DNA of 64,000 nt from Candidatus Omnitrophota bacterium (GTDB lineage Bacteria; Omnitrophota; Gorgyraeia; 2-01-FULL-45-10), in NCBI GenBank assembly GCA_041648975.1, contig JBAZNZ010000010.1, forward strand, positions 10 to 64,009, written 5' to 3'. Position 1 is the stretch's first letter, and every line of letters begins with the position of its first letter. Shown here in pieces: positions 36,113 through 48,603 of this stretch. The translations under genes were made by a program, and so were the position numbers. The notes beneath the pieces are model-generated. The model searched no databases, was not told where the DNA came from, and saw only the letters and a program-made list of their open reading frames with translations.

Positions 36113-37084
36113 TTACTTTTTACTTTTACCTTTCATTAGTTCCTCTTCCACCTTCGCCAATACTTTCTCCTCGGCGCTTTCGAGGTTCTCGTCTATCATG
36201 CATCCCGACGCTTTGACATGGCCGCCGCCGCCGAAATAAGAGGCGATCTTGTTGACGTCGATTTCGCCTTTCGACCTGAAACTCACATTGATCCTGCCGC
36301 CCGCGTCTTCCTTGAATATCACCGCGACTTTCACCTTGTCGATAGACCTGGCGTAGTTCACGAACCCTTCGGATTTCGCCGTATCGGCACCGGTCTCACG
36401 CAGCATCTTATTCGTTATCTCGAGATACGCCACGTCCCCCGTTTTGTTCACTTTGAGCGTCGACAGGGCCATGCCGAGAAGTTTTATGTCCGCGATGGAG
36501 CGGCGCTCGTATACATTCTCCGAAACCTGCGCCGGCTCGAGCCCATACCCGAGCAGCTCGCCCGCTATCTCATGCGTGATCTTCGAGGTGTTGTCGTAAT
36601 TAAATGAGCCCGTATCGGTCAATATCGCTATGTAAAGGCACAACGCCGTTTCTTTCGTCAGCTTCACCCTTGCGTCCTTGAAAAGCTTGTATACCATCTC
36701 TCCGGCGGAACTGGCGTTCGCATCGACCCAGTTTACCGTTCCAAATTTCTCATTGGAGATGTGGTGGTCTATATTTATAATTACCCCGTATTTGGAAATC
36801 ATATCCTTGACCCGGCCCGTCCTTTTCAGTGTGGGGCAATCGACGACAATGGCCGCGTCAAAATCAGGGGCGTTCTCGACATCATTCGATATCTCCCCGA
36901 CCTTGGGAAGGAATTTATAATGATCCGGCACAGGATCGCTGTCGACTATTGTCCCATTTTTGCCCAGGCCGGCCAGGAGCTCTTTCATGGCAAGCTGGCT
37001 GCCGATCGAATCGCCCTCGAGATTGACGTGAGCGGTTATCAGGAACTTGTTATGCTTCTTTATCGCCTCTATTATCTTCTTCAT
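36113..37084 (-). CDS. nrnA: DHH/DHHA1 family phosphoesterase (NrnA-like oligoribonuclease/pAp phosphatase)
   Basis: ITAHVNLEGDSIGSQLAM, DHH and GGGH motifs. Probable start is MKKIIEAIKK at 37084 rather than the track start at 37150. Confidence 0.7.
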   Translation of the reverse strand: MKKIIEAIKKHNKFLITAHVNLEGDSIGSQLAMKELLAGLGKNGTIVDSDPVPDHYKFLPKVGEISNDVENAPDFDAAIVVDCPTLKRTGRVKDMISKYGVIINIDHHISNEKFGTVNWVDANASSAGEMVYKLFKDARVKLTKETALCLYIAILTDTGSFNYDNTSKITHEIAGELLGYGLEPAQVSENVYERRSIADIKLLGMALSTLKVNKTGDVAYLEITNKMLRETGADTAKSEGFVNYARSIDKVKVAVIFKEDAGGRINVSFRSKGEIDVNKIASYFGGGGHVKASGCMIDENLESAEEKVLAKVEEELMKGKSKK

Positions 37085-37433
37085 TGGTTTTCTCCCTTTT
37101 GATTTTATCCAATATATCGTATATCTCCTGCGCGCGCCCAAGCGATTCATCTATCTTGAATTCTATTTGCGGCATGAATCGCAGTTTTATCTTTTCCGAA
37201 AGCAATCCTTTAATATATCCTTTAGCGTTGTTAAGGCCTTTAAGCGCCAGATGCCTGTCTTTTGACTCACCTAAAACGCTGAAATATACGCGGGCGTAAC
37301 GAAGGTCTTTGGTCAATTCGACTTTTGTGACCGTCAGGAAACCTATCCTTGGGTCCCTTATCTCGGACTGCAGGATCTTGGATATCTCCTGTCTTATAGC
37401 TTCCTGCACCCTTCCGGGCCTTTGTGTGCTCAT
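37050..37433 (-). CDS. rbfA: Ribosome-binding factor A
   Basis: RVQEAIRQEISKILQSEIRDPRIGFLTVTKVELTKDLRYARVYFSVLG. Confidence 0.9.
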   Translation of the reverse strand: MSTQRPGRVQEAIRQEISKILQSEIRDPRIGFLTVTKVELTKDLRYARVYFSVLGESKDRHLALKGLNNAKGYIKGLLSEKIKLRFMPQIEFKIDESLGRAQEIYDILDKIKREKTNEEDNRGDKEA

Positions 37434-37458
37434 GTTATTCTCCGGATTTGCATTTAAC

Positions 37459-40074
37459 TTACACGCATCTTCTTTTTACCAGCCTGCCCGCATATGCCAG
37501 TTCATCTTTTTTAGTTTTCAACAGGCCGTTTATCCTGGCGTCCAGGACCTTATCCAGGATCAGCTTGAAATCAGGGCACGGCTTCATTCCCATCGATTTC
37601 AGATCGTCGCCCTTGATCCTTATCTTGGTCCCATTGTACTTCCGGAAAAAATCTTCGATCCGCGACCTGGCCTTCTTTGAGCCGGACCTCGCCATAATCA
37701 ACAATATCACCTCAAAAGAAAGCGGTTCCAGCAGGTTATATACCGTGCTCGACTGGACCGCGTTCGCCGGCATCAGGGCTTTACTCACCTTATCCGCCGA
37801 TTCTTTATATGAAAGTATCCTTATGGTATCGCCTCTCCTGAAGACAAACCTGCCGCACATTGCCGCAACGTCTTTATAGCTTATCTCCTCAATGAGGGCC
37901 ATGAGATAAATTATCCATTTATCTATATTCCTCTTTTTGAAGATAGCCCTGTCATACCAGCGGCAGGTCTTCTCTATCGACCTGTATAAATTAATGATGC
38001 GCCTGTCCCATCTTATGCCCGGGTGAAGGAACCGCAATTCGTCGAGCTCCGCCATTCTCCTCAACGCCTTGAAAGGCTCTTCTTCTTTAAGGATCAGCAC
38101 GACCTCGTCCCGTATCCTCTGAGGTTCGACCTTATCAAACATCTCGAGGCTGATGGCGTGTTTTATGAGGTCCTCGGTATGGGAATCTATTATGAAACCG
38201 AATCTCTGCTCAAAACGGACGGCCCTGAATATCCTGGTCGGGTCGTCTATGAAACTCCCGTCGTGCATAACCCTTATGCGTCCGCGCGCCAGGTCTGCCT
38301 CGCCGCTAAAAAAGTCGACCAGCCGGCCGAAGCTCGCCTTATTCAGGCTTATTGCCATCGCGTTTATCGTGAAATCTCTGCGCACAAGATCGTTCTTCAG
38401 GGAGCTGAATTCCACAGTGGGAAGGGCCGCGGGCCGTTCATAGACCTCTTTCCTCGCAGTGGCAAGATCTATCTTCAACCTGCCCTTCGTAATGACGGAA
38501 CATGTCCCGAACCTCCTGTGCGCCACAAGCGAAGCCTTGAGGTCGCGCGCGAGGACGCGCCCCAATTCTATCGCCGCGCCTTCAACTACTATATCGAGGT
38601 CCAGGTTCTTGACCCCCAGCATCAGGTCCCTCACGAGCCCGCCTACGCAAAAAGCGCCGTAGCCCAACGAATTCGCTTTCCTGCCTATCTTCCCCAGGAG
38701 CGTCATTATCTCCCCGGGAAGGAGCGCGCTCATCTTCTTAGACATATTCACGACTACCTGTTTTTTCACTGCGTGCGGCTTAAGAAAAAGGCTGTCGTGT
38801 ATATTCCTCAGGATATCGGTCCTGTTTATAACTCCCACCACGCGCTTATTGCTCATCACGGGAATGACCCCGATATCATGCTCCGATACTATCTTCCTGA
38901 CGGCATGCAGGGGAGTGCCCGGTTTTACGCTCACTATATTCCTCGACATGTAACCTTTTACGCGGGAATGGCCGAGGCCGCCCTTATCCGCCTTATTCAG
39001 GCAGTCCGGCGTTATTATACCGACCACCTTGCCGTTGTCCATGACCGGCATCCCGCCGAGCTTTGTATCTGAAAGCGCTTTCCTTGCAGTATCTATGCTG
39101 TCATTTACGGAAAGGGCCTTTACTTCTTTTGACATCACATCCTTAGCGTAGCTCCTGACTTTTATATTATCTTTCAATACTTTCATAAGCTTGTCCCTTA
39201 CTGCGCCTATGTCGGTATCGCGTATCTTGGCGCTCGCGGCGCCCGGATGGCCCCCTCCGCCGAAATGGGCCATTATCTTATTTACATCTACTGCCTGCAG
39301 GGAACTGCGCGCTATGATATCCACTCTTCTTCTCGGGCTGTTAACCAATACGAACAGCACAGGGATGTTCTCTATCTCCATCAGCTTATGCATGATCATG
39401 CCGAGCTCGCCTGCGTAACTTTCGCTGTCGAGCTCGATAAGCGAGACATTTACGCCTTTGGCCACTATCCTTTTCGTCCCACTGATCAATTTTGTCAACA
39501 TCGAAAGCTCGCCCTCGGACAGCTCCCTGTTGAGATAGCTGGAGACCACAGATAAGCTGGCGCCCTGGGACAGCAGAAAGCTAACCATATCGACGTCGAG
39601 TTTGGTCGTTATCCTGTAAGTAAGGGATCCTGTCTCTTCATATATTCCGAGGAGCATTATGGTCGCTTCCAGAGGCGACAGCCTGACGCCTCTCCTCTTC
39701 AGCATATCGGCTAGCATAGTGACCGTTGCGCCGACCTCCTCGGATATGTCTTTGTCCGCGACTATATCGCCTTTCATCCTGGGATGGTGGTCAAAAACGT
39801 GGACCTCGACGCCTTTATCCAGCAGGCTCGCCGCTATGCCTATCCTCGACTTGTGGCGCGTATCGACGAGGACGAGCCTGTCGACATCATCGAGGGAGCA
39901 CTCTTTCTCTGACTCCACCACTATCTGCTCTTTGGCCAGCGAGAGGAATTCCCTTACGGATCTTTCCTGCGATCCGGGCAGGAGGAGCCGCGCGTCAGGA
40001 TAGAGCCTCTTCGCCGCGACGAGCGACCCCAGCGCGTCGAAATCAGCGTTCATATGTGTGGTGATCAGATCCAT
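37459..40074 (-). CDS. DHH-DHHA1 / tandem CBS / poly(A) polymerase-head (CCA-adding tRNA nucleotidyltransferase family) fusion protein
   Basis: N-terminal DFDALGSL...DHH, two CBS pairs in the middle, C-terminal GGLVRDLMLG...DLDIVVEG...RRDFTINAMA nucleotidyltransferase head. Confidence 0.75.
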   Translation of the reverse strand: MDLITTHMNADFDALGSLVAAKRLYPDARLLLPGSQERSVREFLSLAKEQIVVESEKECSLDDVDRLVLVDTRHKSRIGIAASLLDKGVEVHVFDHHPRMKGDIVADKDISEEVGATVTMLADMLKRRGVRLSPLEATIMLLGIYEETGSLTYRITTKLDVDMVSFLLSQGASLSVVSSYLNRELSEGELSMLTKLISGTKRIVAKGVNVSLIELDSESYAGELGMIMHKLMEIENIPVLFVLVNSPRRRVDIIARSSLQAVDVNKIMAHFGGGGHPGAASAKIRDTDIGAVRDKLMKVLKDNIKVRSYAKDVMSKEVKALSVNDSIDTARKALSDTKLGGMPVMDNGKVVGIITPDCLNKADKGGLGHSRVKGYMSRNIVSVKPGTPLHAVRKIVSEHDIGVIPVMSNKRVVGVINRTDILRNIHDSLFLKPHAVKKQVVVNMSKKMSALLPGEIMTLLGKIGRKANSLGYGAFCVGGLVRDLMLGVKNLDLDIVVEGAAIELGRVLARDLKASLVAHRRFGTCSVITKGRLKIDLATARKEVYERPAALPTVEFSSLKNDLVRRDFTINAMAISLNKASFGRLVDFFSGEADLARGRIRVMHDGSFIDDPTRIFRAVRFEQRFGFIIDSHTEDLIKHAISLEMFDKVEPQRIRDEVVLILKEEEPFKALRRMAELDELRFLHPGIRWDRRIINLYRSIEKTCRWYDRAIFKKRNIDKWIIYLMALIEEISYKDVAAMCGRFVFRRGDTIRILSYKESADKVSKALMPANAVQSSTVYNLLEPLSFEVILLIMARSGSKKARSRIEDFFRKYNGTKIRIKGDDLKSMGMKPCPDFKLILDKVLDARINGLLKTKKDELAYAGRLVKRRCV

Positions 40075-40621
40075 AATTTCACTCTAATTTTCCAAGTTCC
40101 TTCTGCTCAAACCTAAGCACTGAAAATATTCGCTCATTATGAAATTTTTCCAACCTATCCCCAATGGCCATCTCGGCCGTGGGCTTCGCCTAATTTTGCT
40201 TTCAAGAATGATCAGTTTTGTAGAAATTAATCCGTTTTATTCAGTTCTTATGGATACCCTGCTCCAATATGCTTTGGGTAATAGCTATAATCTTAGCAAA
40301 ATTTACGGCTCCCGCCTGCCAGCAAGATACTCTTTCAGGCGGGCAGGGAACTTGCGGGCGGTTCCCGGAGATGCTTTTAACCAGTCTCCTAACAAAAATA
40401 TCTTCGCTCGGACTGCAGGGGCAGATAACGGCAGGTTGCCCTTGAGGCGTTATATTTTGCCGACACCGCGCTACACCCAAACTCCTTAAAGCCTTTGTTT
40501 CCATAACGGCAAGATTAAAATCCATAATTAACACTAACCTATATAATATTGACGGCAAAATTAGCCGAAAGGGCGCCTGCCGTTAAGCTGCCCTGTGGCG
40601 GGGCGAAAAATTTCATTCTCT

Positions 40622-41509
40622 TCATGCTCTCGGGTGAAATTGTCTGTGTATCGACTTAAGCCTCTCTTTATCTATATGCGTATATAATTGGGTTGTCGAT
40701 ATATCGGAGTGTCCCAGCAACTCCTGCACCACCCTTAGATCGGCGCCTTTTTCCAGAAGATGCGTCGCGAAGCTGTGCCTCAGCGTATGCGGCGTTATCT
40801 CTTTCTTTATCCTCGCCTGCTTAGCGTACTTCTTTATCATCTTCCAGAACGATTGCCTCGAGATCTTCCTACCCAGCCTCGACAGGAAGAGATGATTATC
40901 TTCACGCTTCTTAAGGAGGCGGGCTCTCGTCTTTTCTAGATAACGCGCAATGGCTTCCTGCGCCTTCTTGCCTATAGGCACAAGCCTCTCTTTATCGCCC
41001 TTGCCTCTGCATTTTATTATTCCAACATCCAGGTTGAGATCCTCTTTTCTGACTTCTACCATCTCCGAGACACGCATTCCGGCCGCGTACATAAGTTCCA
41101 GCGCGGCCTTGTCCCTTATACCCATCCAATCCCTGATATCCGGTGCGGAGATGAGCCTGTCGACCTCGGCGATATTCAGCACGTTCGGAAGCGTCTTGAT
41201 CAGTTTAGGCGACTCAAGTATACCGGCAACATCGTCTTTGGCAAGGCGTTCCTGCACCATGAATTTGTAAAACATCTTTATCGCCACAAGCGCCCTGGAT
41301 ATGGAGTTACTGGATATGCCTTTATCTTTCATGTAAAGAAGGTAGTCGGATATATCCTGCCTCTTGACCCTATCGATATCTTTGATGCCCCTGGCCTCAA
41401 GCCGGGCCGCAAAATGGACCAGGTCCGCTTTGTAAGCGGCTGTTGTGTTTTTGCTCAGGCCGCGTTCGACAGAAAGGTAATTCAGGAACTCGTCTATCAA
41501 TACTTGCAT
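40622..41509 (-). CDS. xerD: Tyrosine site-specific recombinase XerC/XerD family (probably XerD)
   Basis: TPHTLRHSFATHLLEKGADLRVVQELLGHSDISTTQLYTHI catalytic C-terminus, N-terminal SAM-like domain. Confidence 0.75.
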   Translation of the reverse strand: MQVLIDEFLNYLSVERGLSKNTTAAYKADLVHFAARLEARGIKDIDRVKRQDISDYLLYMKDKGISSNSISRALVAIKMFYKFMVQERLAKDDVAGILESPKLIKTLPNVLNIAEVDRLISAPDIRDWMGIRDKAALELMYAAGMRVSEMVEVRKEDLNLDVGIIKCRGKGDKERLVPIGKKAQEAIARYLEKTRARLLKKREDNHLFLSRLGRKISRQSFWKMIKKYAKQARIKKEITPHTLRHSFATHLLEKGADLRVVQELLGHSDISTTQLYTHIDKERLKSIHRQFHPRA

Positions 41510-41518
41510 TCTATCTCC

Positions 41519-42163
41519 TCACTCGGCAATGAATGGATTCCCTGCCTTCTCAGCCTCTATAGTAGACGGCCCGCCGTGCCCGGGATATATCTCCGTATCA
41601 TCGCTATAGATAAGAAGCCTCTTCTTTATCGAGTCGATCAGGGCGCGGCCATCGCCGTATGGAAAATCAGTGCGTCCTACGCTCTGTTGAAAAAGCGCGT
41701 CTCCGGTAAATATCACATCTTCGAGTTTTAACGATATCGACCCCGGCGTATGTCCGGGCGTATGTATCACCTCTAACGTCAGTCCGCCGAGCCCTAGCTT
41801 ATCGCCATCTTCCAGCAACTTCGCCGCCGGCCTGGAAACTATATTAAATAAAAAGGCGCGCGACATGTTCTTTACAGGGTCCGCGAGAAAATCCTTATCG
41901 AGCTTGTGTATATATAATGGGACGTCAAATGAATCGTTGGCCGCTATATGGTCGGCGTGCCCGTGCGTATTTATTATAAATTTCAACCGGAACCCGTTCT
42001 TATCTAAGGCCTTTTTCAGGATGTCCGGGTCGGCGCCCGGATCTATCAGGCAAGCCTCTTTAGTGGCCGGATCCGCCACAAGGTAGCAATTTGTCTCCAG
42101 TGGCCCCACTACAAAATTTTGTATAAATAATTTATTTCTCGTTCTCGGACTCCTCTTCGGCAT
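41519..42163 (-). CDS. MBL-fold metallo-hydrolase (hydroxyacylglutathione hydrolase-like)
   Basis: IINTHGHADHIAAN and later HTPGHTPGS motifs. Confidence 0.75.
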   Translation of the reverse strand: MPKRSPRTRNKLFIQNFVVGPLETNCYLVADPATKEACLIDPGADPDILKKALDKNGFRLKFIINTHGHADHIAANDSFDVPLYIHKLDKDFLADPVKNMSRAFLFNIVSRPAAKLLEDGDKLGLGGLTLEVIHTPGHTPGSISLKLEDVIFTGDALFQQSVGRTDFPYGDGRALIDSIKKRLLIYSDDTEIYPGHGGPSTIEAEKAGNPFIAE

Positions 42164-42647
42164 CGGGTTCTTTCCTGATATAGTCTTTTACTTTCGTGTA
42201 TTTGAATTCCCTCTTTATGGCGCGGTCTTCCCGCTCAAGCGTCATCAAGACATAGTTCTTATTGAACTGCGTGAGGTCCTCCTTAAATATGATCTCCTTG
42301 ACCTTTACTAACTTATCAATATGGCCCCCCAACCTGTCGGCCTTTTCCGGCAGGAGCAGGTTCTGCATATCTTTAAGATTGTTCACAGACTCTTCTACGC
42401 ACTTCACGTCTTTTTTGTGGTTCTTCCCGAGGGTCTTTATGAGCTCGGAATGCCACGAGTCCCAATACGAGAAATGCTTTTTATACAGCTCCGGAGCGGG
42501 CTTCTTGTAATACATCTTTGTCTGGTATATCTTGGGTATCTTCACTACGGCCTTCTTCTTTCGGGTGAATTTCTTCTTGAGGGTCTCGCAACCCGTAAGA
42601 TTCGCCAACAGACAAACGACCAGCAGCGCACTCAATAATTTTCTCAC
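42132..42647 (-). CDS. Hypothetical lipoprotein
   Basis: MRKLLSALLVVCLLANLTGC lipobox. Lys/Glu-rich body, no recognised family. Confidence 0.55.
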   Translation of the reverse strand: MRKLLSALLVVCLLANLTGCETLKKKFTRKKKAVVKIPKIYQTKMYYKKPAPELYKKHFSYWDSWHSELIKTLGKNHKKDVKCVEESVNNLKDMQNLLLPEKADRLGGHIDKLVKVKEIIFKEDLTQFNKNYVLMTLEREDRAIKREFKYTKVKDYIRKEPDAEEESENEK

Positions 42648-42673
42648 ATCATCACCTCGCGTTTAGCAAAGCT

Positions 42674-45408
<2,735 letters not shown>

Positions 45409-45410
45409 GG

Positions 45411-45683
45411 TTAGAACCTTACGTCGAACCCGACGAACTCGCCGGTCGCTTCCACCGTTTCTTGATCAACGTCGCGGATGTATTCTTTAAAGACGGATGC
45501 GATCTTTTGTAAAAACGCATCGAGGTCTGCCTTCTCGCCTTCACAGACAACTTCAACACGGCCGTCATCCAGGTTCTTCGTCCATCCGGTTATACCCATG
45601 ACGCTAGCGGCCCGTTCAGCCGTAAACCTGAAACCGACGCCCTGGACAGAACCCGAATAATATATATGGAGGCGTTTTTTCAT
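45411..45683 (-). CDS. acyP: Acylphosphatase
   Basis: VQGVGFRFTAERAASVMGITGWTKNLDDGRVEV. Confidence 0.85.
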   Translation of the reverse strand: MKKRLHIYYSGSVQGVGFRFTAERAASVMGITGWTKNLDDGRVEVVCEGEKADLDAFLQKIASVFKEYIRDVDQETVEATGEFVGFDVRF

Positions 45684-45768
45684 TTAAGGTAGAAAAAGAA
45701 TGGATATTAGCAAAAAACTTGTCCTACGAAGCTCTACCGCAGTTTGACTGCCTCAAGAGCGAAGTAGG

Positions 45769-45789
45769 ATGGTCGGGGCGGACGGATTT
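45769..45789 (-). repeat. 21-bp direct repeat of the tRNA-Pro 3' end (att-site-like scar)
   Basis: ATGGTCGGGGCGGACGGATTT is identical at 45769-45789 and 45915-45935. Confidence 0.7.
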
Positions 45790-45915
45790 CCCTACGCGCG
45801 CACCTTACGTGTTCGCGCTTCGGGCCGGCCAAATTCCTGCCGGGCCAGAGGCCCTTCCCCTCCCTATTCGGTCGGCGGAATTTGGCTTCAAATCCATACA
45901 CTCTTCCGACTTAAA

Positions 45916-45992
45916 TGGTCGGGGCGGACGGATTTGAACCGTCGACCTCTTGGTCCCGAACCAAGCGCGCTAGCCAGCTGCGCTACGCCCCG
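45916..45992 (-). tRNA. tRNA-Pro (anticodon CGG), with encoded CCA
   Basis: Minus strand reads CGGGGCGUAGCGCAGCUGGCUAGCGCGCUUGGUUCGGGACCAAGAGGUCGACGGUUCAAAUCCGUCCGCCCCGACCA. Cloverleaf with 7-bp acceptor stem, anticodon loop UUCGGGA. Confidence 0.9.
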
Positions 45993-46039
45993 TAAAATGA
46001 TCAAAAATGTAACACTACGAAATTCAGAAAACAAATCTT

Positions 46040-46167
46040 ATTACGAATATCAGGGTTATAAACTTACAAGCTCGTGGCCTCAAACTAATCGCGCTAGCCT
46101 CCGCCTAAACCCGACTCTAAACAACTCATGGCGGATCCGCCTTCGGCGGAAGCTGCGCTACGCCCCG
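46040..46167 (-). other. Degenerate second copy of the tRNA-Pro 5' half with an insertion in the D-loop (pseudo-tRNA / integration remnant)
   Basis: Minus strand CGGGGCGUAGCGCAGC-[about 50 nt insert]-GGCUAGCGCG-AUUAGUUUGAGGCC parallels the tRNA 5' end, D-arm and anticodon-stem start. Confidence 0.4.
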
Positions 46168-46280
46168 TGAAATTTTCGATAGAAAATTTCATCCCGAGGT
46201 TGCGATGAATAAGAGCAACCGAGGGACTACATCATCTCTTTTTACGTAGTTAACATAATAACATATATTATAATTATGGG

Positions 46281-46337
46281 CAAACGAAAAAGACCTACGA
46301 GGTGCAATGAGTTTAAGTGATTGCTCCTCGTAGGTCT
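46281..46337 (-). terminator. Intrinsic terminator-like palindromic hairpin after the 46378-46713 gene (also copy 1 of the AGACCTACGAGG repeat family)
   Basis: AGACCTACGAGG-23 nt-CCTCGTAGGTCT, followed on the minus strand by TTTTTCGTTTG. Confidence 0.5.
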
Positions 46338-46377
46338 GTTCAAAGGGTTAGACTGACGGTTACCTCAGCTTGCGTGT

Positions 46378-46713
46378 TTACCAGTTTTCCTCTTCAAAGA
46401 AAAATTCCGGGTCTACCAGTATGGGCGTATAGTCCTTAGGAAACGGGAGCGGGAACGTGGCTACTTCATAAACACCGACGACAACGCGTATGCCCATCTT
46501 GCCGATACCTTTCAGAACGCCCCATGTACTGGCAGCCGCAGGGCCTTCCGAATTATTGACCCTGGATATTTGCAGAGGCAGTTCGAACGGGCAGGTAACA
46601 ACATTGCATAATCCGCGTCCCAGCTTTTTTATAGCGTCTCCGCAATACGCAGGAGTTGTAAATAATACAGATAATAAAAATATAAGACCGGCAATCAATA
46701 ATATTTTCCTCAT
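46378..46713 (-). CDS. Small secreted hypothetical protein
   Basis: Start MRKILLIAGLIFLLSVLFTTPAYC (signal peptide), preceded by GGAGG 7 nt upstream. The track ORF extends to 46791 in frame but the SD supports 46713. Confidence 0.55.
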   Translation of the reverse strand: MRKILLIAGLIFLLSVLFTTPAYCGDAIKKLGRGLCNVVTCPFELPLQISRVNNSEGPAAASTWGVLKGIGKMGIRVVVGVYEVATFPLPFPKDYTPILVDPEFFFEEENW

Positions 46714-46827
46714 TGAGGACCTCCGATTTGCTGTCATCACACTCAAGCAACAAGGGACTACCTTTTGTTCTAATATAGCATATGAACGCATGATTTACAA
46801 ATATTTATTTATTACCCGGGCGCTCTG

Positions 46828-47481
46828 CTAAAACCCTTTTTCCCTTAAAAATTTTTCGTTAAGAATAGGATTTTTCTTCGATCCGTTTACATCCTGACCA
46901 GCCAGATATTTTGCAATATATTTTCCTATGACGTCGAATTCAATATTCACTTCATCTCCCGGATGCTTTGATCCGAGAGCAGTATTTCCGAGCGTATGCG
47001 GTATTATATATACTTTGAATGAATTTTCGGAAGGTTTGGCCACCGTCAGGCTTATGCCATCTAACGCGATAGAGCCTTTTTCAACGATGAGATTTGAATA
47101 TTTGGCAGGCATGTTTATCTCCAACATAAATTCGCCGGAAAATTTTAGCATATTTTTTATCTTACCAATACAATCTATATGCCCCAGCACAAAATGCCCA
47201 CCGAGCGCGTCGTCAGTCCTCAGGGAATCTTCAAGATTAACAAGGTCGCCCCGCTTCAATCCTTCCAATCCCGATTTTCTTAACGTCTCCGCCATTACAT
47301 CGAAAGCGAGCGTGCCATTCCTCTTTTCTACAACCGTCAAACAAGCGCCGTTAACAGCAACGCTATCGCCTATGACGACACGACCGCATATATCTTTGGC
47401 GGATACATCGAGCCTGCGCGTCTTGCCTGATCCGCCAAAACTCCGGACCGTACCCAATTCTTTTATTATACCGGTAAACAT
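46828..47481 (-). CDS. ribE: Riboflavin synthase alpha subunit
   Basis: MFTGIIKELGTV...GDSVAVNGACLTV...GGHFVLGHIDC lumazine-binding repeats. Confidence 0.9.
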   Translation of the reverse strand: MFTGIIKELGTVRSFGGSGKTRRLDVSAKDICGRVVIGDSVAVNGACLTVVEKRNGTLAFDVMAETLRKSGLEGLKRGDLVNLEDSLRTDDALGGHFVLGHIDCIGKIKNMLKFSGEFMLEINMPAKYSNLIVEKGSIALDGISLTVAKPSENSFKVYIIPHTLGNTALGSKHPGDEVNIEFDVIGKYIAKYLAGQDVNGSKKNPILNEKFLREKGF

Positions 47482-48572
47482 TACCTTGCCCTCGCCTCTA
47501 TCAAGACGTCTTCCTCAAACCTCTTTATTTTTATATCCCGGAGCATCACCGCTTTACTCATCTTTCCAACGCCCAAACCTTCGACGGCTGTCACGGCATC
47601 TCTGCCTCCGACTATCTTAGGGGCGATAAAGAATAGGAACCTGTCGGCCAGCCTTTCTTCTATCAGGCTGGCAGCCAATTCCCCGCCGCCCTCGACCAGT
47701 ACGTGTGTTATGTTAAGAACGCCTAATATCCTGAAGAGGTCTTTCAAATCGACTCTTCCGCCTTTTGCCTTCGCCCGCAGGAAATTTACACCTTTAGCCT
47801 TGTAAAGCCTGGTTTTCCGTTCCGGCATGTTCTTAGTAGTCGCTATGATGACCGGAGAAACGGCAGTAGTAGAAAATATCTTGGCCTTCAGAGGCGTCTT
47901 GACATGGCTGTCGACTATTATCCTTATCGGCTCTTTGCCGGATGACGCCCCGCTCAAGAGCGTGGGATCGTCCTTTGCCGCGGTGTTGGATCCCGTCATG
48001 ACGGCGTCCACCCTCCCCCGAAGCCCCCTGACATAATGTCTGGCGTCTTCAGACGTTATCCACTTTGAGTCGCCCGTCCTTGTAGCTATCTTACCGTCAA
48101 GCGATTCCGCCATCTTAAGAGTTACAAACGGCATGCGTGTACTTATAAATTTAATATAAGGACTGTTCAGATCCCGCGCTTCCTGCTCTAAGACGCCGAC
48201 GGTGCACTCTACTCCGGCCTTCCTTAATTTCCTGAAGCCTTTACCGTTATTTATAGGATTGGGATCTCTCATAGCAGCCACTACTTTTTTTATTCCGTGC
48301 TCAATAATCGCGGCGGTGCACGGCGGCGTCCTTCCGAAATGGTCACAAGGCTCGAGAGTGACGTAAAGGATAGCGCCCTTTGCTTTCGAACCGGCCTGTC
48401 TTAAAGCAATAACTTCGGCGTGCGGCGCTCCGCACTTCTTATGGTATCCGCGGCCGACTATCCTGCCGTTCCTGACAATGACCGCGCCGACGGCCGGGTT
48501 GGGGCTCGTCAAACCTTCGGCCTTCCGGGCCAGGTCCAGGGCTATACGCATGTATTCATCGTGGGCATTCAT
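47481..48572 (-). CDS. ribD: Bifunctional diaminohydroxyphosphoribosylaminopyrimidine deaminase / 5-amino-6-(5-phosphoribosylamino)uracil reductase
   Basis: Deaminase HAEVIALRQAG...LEPCDHFGRTPPC and C-terminal reductase domain. Confidence 0.9.
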   Translation of the reverse strand: MNAHDEYMRIALDLARKAEGLTSPNPAVGAVIVRNGRIVGRGYHKKCGAPHAEVIALRQAGSKAKGAILYVTLEPCDHFGRTPPCTAAIIEHGIKKVVAAMRDPNPINNGKGFRKLRKAGVECTVGVLEQEARDLNSPYIKFISTRMPFVTLKMAESLDGKIATRTGDSKWITSEDARHYVRGLRGRVDAVMTGSNTAAKDDPTLLSGASSGKEPIRIIVDSHVKTPLKAKIFSTTAVSPVIIATTKNMPERKTRLYKAKGVNFLRAKAKGGRVDLKDLFRILGVLNITHVLVEGGGELAASLIEERLADRFLFFIAPKIVGGRDAVTAVEGLGVGKMSKAVMLRDIKIKRFEEDVLIEARAR

Positions 48573-48603
48573 AACACGAAACCTTCAGTCTGACCATTTG
48601 AGC

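Noticed and set aside
40241-40558. 105-aa minus-strand ORF in the xerD / DHH-CBS gap
   Set aside because: No RBS, odd composition, and it lies in a GC-rich structured spacer. More likely non-coding.
40075-40621. RNase P RNA, tmRNA, SRP RNA or 6S RNA in the long spacer
   Set aside because: I could not find the conserved blocks (GGAAAGUCCGGGCUCC / ACAGAACCCGGCUUA, the tRNA-like tmRNA ends, the SRP GGAAGCAGCC motif) on either strand.
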